Shown: one piece after another, positions 58,478-64,000 of the stretch
Layout of the letters: the number at the start of each line of letters is the position of its first letter
How positions within the stretch are numbered: the first letter of the stretch is position 1
Assembly: GCA_963761005.1 (NCBI GenBank)
Contig: CAVXFK010000002.1
Span: 31,666 to 95,665, forward strand
Origin: an uncultured Alphaproteobacteria bacterium
GTDB taxonomy: Bacteria > Pseudomonadota > Alphaproteobacteria > Rhizobiales > Afifellaceae
Length of the DNA: 64,000 bases
Direction of reading: 5' to 3'
Program-made: the position numbers and the translations under genes
Notes under the pieces: model-generated
Told to the model about the DNA's origin: nothing
Database searches by the model: none
The model's input: only the letters and a program-made list of their open reading frames with translations

Positions 58478-59544
58478 GAAGTAAGATTCCGTGCGGCCGT
58501 CGGGCGCCGGACGGGATCGGCGTCCGCGCGTGCGCCGTGCAAGGACCATGTGTCGAGCACTTCGGGATTGACGACGTTCGGCGGTCGGCGCCCTTCGACC
58601 AGCGCCTGAGCGTTGTCGGCGACGGCATGCGCAAGCGCAGTCCGCGTTTCCAGAACGGCGCTGCCGAGATGCGGCGTCAGGATCACGTTGTTCATTCCGA
58701 TCAAAGCCGGCGTAACCGCCGGTTCTCGTTCGAAGACGTCAAGCGCCGCTCCCGCGATCTGGCCTCGTTCAAGGGCTGCGACCAGCGCCTGTTCGTCGAT
58801 CATGGGCCCGCGCGAGGTGTTGACCAGAAACGCCGTCGGCTTCATCAGCGACAATTCCCGCGCGCCGATCTGATGCCGCGTCTCGGCCCTGAGCGGCGAA
58901 TGGACAGAAACGAAATCCGACTGTCGGAGCAGTTCGTCGAGCGGAACAAACGTCATGCCCACCTCTTGCTCGAGGTGCTCGGGCTTCCGACGCGGAGACC
59001 AGTAAAGGACCTCCATCTCGAAGCCGCGCGCGCGACGCGCGACCGCGGTGCCGACGCGCCCGCCGCCGCCGACCAGGCCGAGCGTCTTTCGCCACACGCC
59101 GGAGCCGAGCAGGTGGTTCGACTGCCCGCCCGGGAAGATGCCGCGGCGAAGAGCCTTGTCGCCCTCGACCAGGCGCCGCGCCAGCGCGATCAGAAGACCG
59201 AGGCACGTATCCGCGGTCGCTTCCGTCACGATCGGGGGCGCAATCGTCACCACGATGCCGCGCCGCGTGGCCTCGTCGATGTCGATGTCGGTGGGCGTCA
59301 CTGCCATCGAAACGATCGCGCGCAAATCCGGGTTGGCCGCGATGACGGGGCGGTCGATGTTGTCGTGCAGGAACGAAATAAGGAAATCGCAATTCCGCAC
59401 GCCGGCAAGCAAGGCGTCGCGCGGCAGAATCTGGCTGGAGTCGGAATTGACGGTGACGTTGGCAAAGGTCTGTAGCCGATCAATCGCACTGGCGGCGATC
59501 GGTTGCGTGATGAAGATGCGCGGTCGCGTCTCTCGCTGGTCCAT
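58474..59544 (-). CDS. D-2-hydroxyacid dehydrogenase (glyoxylate/hydroxypyruvate reductase-like)
   Basis: GLVGGGGRVGTAVARRA, VNTSRGPMID and LTPHLGSAV motifs. Confidence 0.88.
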   Translation of the reverse strand: MDQRETRPRIFITQPIAASAIDRLQTFANVTVNSDSSQILPRDALLAGVRNCDFLISFLHDNIDRPVIAANPDLRAIVSMAVTPTDIDIDEATRRGIVVTIAPPIVTEATADTCLGLLIALARRLVEGDKALRRGIFPGGQSNHLLGSGVWRKTLGLVGGGGRVGTAVARRARGFEMEVLYWSPRRKPEHLEQEVGMTFVPLDELLRQSDFVSVHSPLRAETRHQIGARELSLMKPTAFLVNTSRGPMIDEQALVAALERGQIAGAALDVFEREPAVTPALIGMNNVILTPHLGSAVLETRTALAHAVADNAQALVEGRRPPNVVNPEVLDTWSLHGARADADPVRRPTAARNLTS

Positions 59545-59903
59545 CTATGATGCTCGTGACAATCGGCGATCCGTTGACTGTCCGGAATCGCTCCTTCGGC
59601 ACCCAGCGCGCCGGGTACCTTCGAGAGCTCTGTCACGTGCGACACGACGTCGATCCGCTCGACCCCGTTACGATGCCGCTGACGCGAAGAGGTGTCTGAC
59701 TGAGTGCCGGCCCGGCAACGCCCGCCACAAGGATTGCGGGCACGAACGGGATGGCATCACACCGACTTGGCCAGTTCCAATACCGAAGCTCTTGCCGATA
59801 CGCTCCCTTGATCCATGAAGAGGCTGTCCGCAGTCGGGGAGGCTTTCACGAGACGTTATCGGAGACGACAATGACCTCGGAAATAAAAATATCTACCGTC
59901 GCG

Positions 59904-59920
59904 CATCAGGATTCCTGATA
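59904..59920. promoter_or_regulatory. Palindrome CATCAGGATTCCTGATA (second copy of the 34431-34447 dyad)
   Basis: Perfect 7-1-7 inverted repeat in an AT-rich patch of the 59545-60235 intergenic gap. Confidence 0.4.
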
Positions 59921-60235
59921 AACCGCTATTTTTCGTCACGCGTATTGTCTTGCGCGGATGGATATCACGCAAGTCGCGCTTCAAACTCTCCCCAAGGGGC
60001 CGGCGCCTCGATCTCCCTACTTCGGCAATAGGGCCAAGAAACCGTCGTCGCCGGCGTCGATGATGAGACGCCGGAGGTCTACGGAGAACGCATCGATGGC
60101 GGCCGGCGGCTGGCCGCCGCCATCGGCTGCGGCGCCCGTTTGGCGCTCCACTTGTTCCTCCGACTCGACACGCGTCCCCGGTTCGAATACCGCCGGACGC
60201 CTGCGCTCCCTCCTCGGCCGTGAGGTTCTTCTTCG

Positions 60236-61030
60236 ATGCCGCTTGATTTCGACTCCCTCCGCCGCGAGCTCGACCGTTGGTCGGAGGCGGATCGCGTCGC
60301 GGCGTTCTGGTGGCGGGACGACGATGCGGTCGCGCCGACGCCGGCGCTGACGCGGCTCCTCGGTCTCTCCGATGCATTCGGCATCGAGATCGGCGTCGCG
60401 GTCGTGCCGGCTCACGCCGAAGATGCGCTCGCCGAAGCGATCTCGCGCCACGCCGGCGCCGTGGTGCTGCAGCACGGCTACGCGCACATGAACCATGCGC
60501 GCCCCGGCGATCTGGCGGTCGAATGCGGCGGCGCGCGGCCGCTCGAAGCGATCCTGGAGGAGCTGCGCCTTGGCAAGGCGCGCCTCGCGGCGCTCTTCGG
60601 TAAGCGGTTCGCCAAGATCATGGCGGCGCCGTGGAACCGCATCGAGGAGCGGGTGCTTGGCGGCCTGGCTGCGCTCGGATTTGCCGGCGCCTCCGCCTAT
60701 GGGCCGCGAGCAATGATGGAAGGCCACGGACTTGTCATCGCCAACACGCACGTCGACCCGATCAACTGGCGCGAACGCCGCTTTGCCGGAACCGAAAAAG
60801 CGCTCTCCGGCATCATTGGCGAGCTCATCGCGCGCCGGACCGGTGCGACCGATGCCGACGAGCCGCTCGGTCTTCTGACGCACCATCTCGACCATGACGC
60901 AGCATTCTGGGAATTCCTGGAACGCTTCTTCGCTCTCACGCGAGCGCATCCCGCCGCGCGCTGGCTGAGCATCGACGAGGCATTCCAGCCGCACGCGGTG
61001 TCGGCTCCGCTGACGAGAGCCGGGCCGTGA
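60236..61030 (+). CDS. Polysaccharide-deacetylase-like hypothetical protein
   Basis: WWRDDDA, LQHGYAH and THHLDHD motifs are reminiscent of NodB-fold or DUF2334-type proteins. The family call is tentative. Confidence 0.55.
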   Translation: MPLDFDSLRRELDRWSEADRVAAFWWRDDDAVAPTPALTRLLGLSDAFGIEIGVAVVPAHAEDALAEAISRHAGAVVLQHGYAHMNHARPGDLAVECGGARPLEAILEELRLGKARLAALFGKRFAKIMAAPWNRIEERVLGGLAALGFAGASAYGPRAMMEGHGLVIANTHVDPINWRERRFAGTEKALSGIIGELIARRTGATDADEPLGLLTHHLDHDAAFWEFLERFFALTRAHPAARWLSIDEAFQPHAVSAPLTRAGP

Positions 61031-61887
61031 GCGTCGAGGTTCGCCCTGCGACCGCCGACGACATCGATCGTGTCGTCGATCTCCTCTACGGCAACATGAG
61101 CCAGAAGATTCCGAAGGAGCGCTGGCGCAATCTGCTCGACTATCCGTGGCGGCCGAAAAATGCCGATCGCGGGCATGTCGCCGTCGACGGCGAACGCGCC
61201 GTCGGCTTCCTCGGCCTCGTCTATGTCGACCGGCCCATCGCAGGGCGGATCGAGCGTTTCTGCAACATCTGCGCCTGGTATCTCTTGAAAGACTATCGCG
61301 GGCAGGGGATCGGGCAGCGTATCCAGTTCGGCTCCGTCGCCGACCCGACGATGACCTATACGATCATGACCGCGACGGCGGCGACGGGGCGCGCCTTCGG
61401 TTCGCGTAGCGGCTTTCGCGTGCTCGACGAAACGCGCTATCTCGTTCGCCGCCGCGCCGGCGGCGCCGGCGACCTCGACATCGCCACCGACCCGGACGCG
61501 ATCGAACGCCTTCTCTTGCCGGAGGATCGCAAGCTCCTTCAGGATCACCGTCCCTACAACCTTCGCCATCTCTTGGTCCGCGCCGGCGATGCGAGCTGTT
61601 ATGTCGCAATGCAGGTGAAGCGGAAGGGCGACGACATCGATTATCATGAGGTCATGTACGCGAGCGACCCGGCGTTCCTCGCGTGCTTCGGCCAGGCGCT
61701 CGCCGACACCATCCTTTCCGGCGACAAATCGGTGCTCGCCATCGATAAGCGCTTCCTGCCTGAAATGCCCGCCTGGGAGAGCGAGACGATCAAGCTGCCG
61801 CGCTGGTATCGCTCGCCGTCGGTTGCGCCGGCGAAAATCGACCACCTCTACGGCGAGGTGGCGCTGCTCGACTTGAAGCTGCCGTAG
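61027..61887 (+). CDS. GNAT-family N-acetyltransferase-like protein
   Basis: GTGA overlap with the upstream gene. The YRGQGIGQRI acetyl-CoA loop sits in the N-terminal half. Confidence 0.68.
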   Translation: MSVEVRPATADDIDRVVDLLYGNMSQKIPKERWRNLLDYPWRPKNADRGHVAVDGERAVGFLGLVYVDRPIAGRIERFCNICAWYLLKDYRGQGIGQRIQFGSVADPTMTYTIMTATAATGRAFGSRSGFRVLDETRYLVRRRAGGAGDLDIATDPDAIERLLLPEDRKLLQDHRPYNLRHLLVRAGDASCYVAMQVKRKGDDIDYHEVMYASDPAFLACFGQALADTILSGDKSVLAIDKRFLPEMPAWESETIKLPRWYRSPSVAPAKIDHLYGEVALLDLKLP

Positions 61888-61920
61888 ACCTCCTCACATG
61901 CCCTTGCCGCGGGCGGCAAA

Positions 61921-62466
61921 ATGGGCGTTAACGTCGCCGCTATGAACGAAGCACCCCGCCCGGAGATCGATCAGGTCCGCTTTCGCCGCGTGATGAGCCG
62001 CTTTGCGACCGGCGTCACGGTCGTGACCGCCGAGCACGAGGGAGAGGCGCGCGGCATGACGGCGAACGCCTTCATGTCGGGCTCGCTCGAGCCGCCACTT
62101 TGCGTCGTCTCGATCGCGAAGCGCGCGCACATGCACCAGGTGATGGCGGCGGCGACCCATTTCGGCGTTAATATTCTGGCGGAGAACCAGGTCGAATTGA
62201 GCGAGCATTTCGCCGGCCGCCGCGATCCGCGGCTTTCCGTGCGCTTCGAGCGCGTCGGGCCGGCGGTGCTTCTTGCAAGCGCCTGCGCACGGATCACCGC
62301 GGAGACCGTGGCCCGCCACGACTGCGGCGATCACACGATCTTTATCGGCCACATCCTCGGTCTTGATGCGGACGACCGCTCGCCGCTCCTCTATCATGCC
62401 GGCCACTATCGCGGTCTCGACGGCGGCCGGCTCGACGCCGATGTCGGAGTCCCCGAGTTCTGGTGA
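61921..62466 (+). CDS. Flavin reductase family protein (FMN-binding split barrel)
   Basis: FRRVMSRFATGVTVVTA and GMTANAFMSGSLEPPL motifs. An alternative ATG is at 61942. Confidence 0.85.
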   Translation: MGVNVAAMNEAPRPEIDQVRFRRVMSRFATGVTVVTAEHEGEARGMTANAFMSGSLEPPLCVVSIAKRAHMHQVMAAATHFGVNILAENQVELSEHFAGRRDPRLSVRFERVGPAVLLASACARITAETVARHDCGDHTIFIGHILGLDADDRSPLLYHAGHYRGLDGGRLDADVGVPEFW

Positions 62467-62591
62467 TCCGTGTCCGCCGTCCGTCCTGCCTGCGATGAAA
62501 TGACACTCGCGGCGCGCGGAACGCCAACGTCGAAAACTCCATTGTCGCGCGTGGGATGTTTTCGGGCAACGGCGGGGCAGGGAGTTTTGCG

Positions 62592-63983
62592 ATGAGAGGC
62601 ATGATTTCGGTCACGGCCCTGATGGCCGCTTTCGTGTTTTCCGGCACGGCGGTGGAGTCGGCGAGCGCGCAAAACTCCGGCAATGTGCTGACCGGCGCCG
62701 CGGCGTTCGGAAGCTGGGGGGACGCGAAGCCTGGTGTCACGCGGCTGATCAAGCCGTCCGACTTGCCGGCGCCCTACGCGACGAAGTCGGCGAGCAATGC
62801 GCCTGCACCGATCGCCATGCCGGCCGCAGGCAGGTTTAATGTGCTCGAGGGCTTCAGCGTGACGGAGTTCGCGAGCGGCATGACGCAGCCGCGCGTGATC
62901 CGGATCGCGCCGAACGGCGACGTGTTCGTGGCCGATAGCGGCGCCGACGAGATCGACGTCTTCCGCATGGACGAGAAGGGCAGCGTCGCGTCGAAGGACG
63001 TGTTCGCGGCCGGCCTCGATCAACCCTACGGCATCGCCTTCTATCCGAAGGACGATCCGCAATACGTCTATGTCGCCAATACCGGGAGTGTCGTGCGCTA
63101 TCCCTACAAGGCCGGCGACATGAAGGCCTCAGGCGCCGCCGAGACGGTCGTCCCGGTGCTTCCGGTAGGCCATCATTGGACGCGCGATCTCGCCTTCTCA
63201 CCCGACGGCAAGACGCTCTTCGTCTCCGTCGGCTCCGGCTCGAACGTCGGCGAGGGCACGATGGAAGGTCCGCCGCCTCCGGTCTTCGTCGCGAACCACG
63301 CGCTTGGCGCCAGCTGGGCGGAGGAGGCGAACCGCGCTGACGTGCTCGCCTTCGATCCGGACGGCAAGAACGAGCGCGTCTATGCGACAGGCCTGCGCAA
63401 CTGCTCCGGCATGACCGTTCAGCCGGCGACCAGTGACCTCTGGTGCGTCGTCAACGAGCGCGATGCGCTCGGCGACAACCTGCCGCCCGACTACGCCACG
63501 CATGTGCAGGATGGCGCTTTCTACGGCTGGCCCTGGTACTACATCGGCGGCAACGAGGACCCGCGCCACAAGGGTGAGCGGCCCGACCTCGCCGACAAGG
63601 TCACGGTGCCTGACGTGCTCTTCCAGGCACATTCCGCGCCGCTCGGCATCACCTTTTATGAAGGCGACGCCTTCCCGGCTGAATACAAGGGCGACGCGTT
63701 CGTCGCCATGCACGGCTCGTGGAACCGCGACCACCGCACCGGCTACAAGGTGGTGCGCTTGATGTTCGACGCTTCCGGCAAGCCGACCGGCGCCTATCAG
63801 GACTTCATGACCGGCTTCGTGATGGACGACCAGTCGGTGTGGGGCCGCCCGGTCGATGTCGCGGTCGCGAAGGACGGCTCGCTCCTCGTCAGCGAGGACA
63901 CGGGCGGCACGATCTGGCGCGTCACCGCCGACAAGCAGGCGGCCGAGAGCGTGGCACCGGCGCCTGCGGCCAAGGCGAACTAG
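62592..63983 (+). CDS. PQQ-dependent sugar (sorbosone/glucose) dehydrogenase-like beta-propeller, secreted
   Basis: Signal peptide MRGMISVTALMAAFVFSGTAVESASA. GLRNCSGM, FYGWPWYYIGG and HSAPLGITFY motifs. Confidence 0.83.
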   Translation: MRGMISVTALMAAFVFSGTAVESASAQNSGNVLTGAAAFGSWGDAKPGVTRLIKPSDLPAPYATKSASNAPAPIAMPAAGRFNVLEGFSVTEFASGMTQPRVIRIAPNGDVFVADSGADEIDVFRMDEKGSVASKDVFAAGLDQPYGIAFYPKDDPQYVYVANTGSVVRYPYKAGDMKASGAAETVVPVLPVGHHWTRDLAFSPDGKTLFVSVGSGSNVGEGTMEGPPPPVFVANHALGASWAEEANRADVLAFDPDGKNERVYATGLRNCSGMTVQPATSDLWCVVNERDALGDNLPPDYATHVQDGAFYGWPWYYIGGNEDPRHKGERPDLADKVTVPDVLFQAHSAPLGITFYEGDAFPAEYKGDAFVAMHGSWNRDHRTGYKVVRLMFDASGKPTGAYQDFMTGFVMDDQSVWGRPVDVAVAKDGSLLVSEDTGGTIWRVTADKQAAESVAPAPAAKAN

Positions 63984-64000
63984 CGGAGAGACCGCGCAGC

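Noticed and set aside
59298-59871. Short ORFs (59298-59645 minus, 59668-59871 minus, 59958-60350 plus) in or near the 59545-60235 gap.
   Set aside because: They have no RBS or start context, show poor composition, and overlap real genes at their ends. At most they are remnants of a decayed gene.
1-64000. Mobile elements, CRISPR arrays, tRNA/rRNA, defence or toxin-antitoxin modules, BMC shell genes.
   Set aside because: I saw no transposase, integrase, recombinase or phage-like ORF and no array of short direct repeats with spacers. There are no cloverleaf-like or rRNA-like stretches and no ~90-aa BMC-domain ORFs. The only repeats found are short hairpins and dyads.

Overview
This is a 64-kb, high-GC, gene-dense segment that reads like an accessory catabolic and transport region of an alphaproteobacterium. 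The Rhizobiales-like assignment is an inference from protein families and codon style. I can support about 55 protein-coding genes. I see no rRNA or tRNA, no CRISPR array, and no transposase, integrase or phage genes.

Layout:
- 2-3914: YbhFSR-type ABC-2 exporter, 5' truncated by the window edge.
- 4185-5707: small envelope cluster (4-Cys secreted protein, LTXXQ/Spy-like protein, DsbB paralogue).
- 6147-9400: DUF3302 protein, HlyD adaptor and NodT outer-membrane factor.
- 9535-22294: an AGXT2L-like class-III aminotransferase, an APH-fold kinase, two SDRs, a PotABCD-like importer, an isochorismatase-family hydrolase, and a B12-type diol/glycerol dehydratase whose large and medium subunits are fused.
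- 22583-33044: sugar ABC locus, IclR regulator, kdgD-like dehydratase, 2-hydroxyacid dehydrogenases, an LVIVD beta-propeller protein and a PEP-utilising enzyme that lacks the TIM-barrel domain.
- 33048-47252: M24 hydrolase, LysR regulator, dehydrogenases, a second sugar ABC locus, a cyclase, a HisD paralogue and a CocE/NonD hydrolase.
- 47393-51230: a third sugar ABC locus with an apparent ATPase-permease fusion.
- 51273-63983: oxidoreductases, a GAF/PucR regulator, a second M24 operon, a deacetylase-like plus GNAT pair, a flavin reductase and a PQQ-type sugar dehydrogenase.

Most notable points:
- The shell-less, reactivase-less fused diol dehydratase sits next to a kinase/phospho-lyase module and an amine importer. 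This is my best candidate for an undescribed amino-alcohol/diol system.
- An identical 15-bp palindrome lies in front of two M24 loci.
- The adaptor/OMF module has no pump gene.
- At least seven otherwise intact genes are interrupted by single-base frameshifts. One sequence cannot tell real decay from assembly indels.

All functional calls come from by-eye motif and homology recognition. No database search was run.
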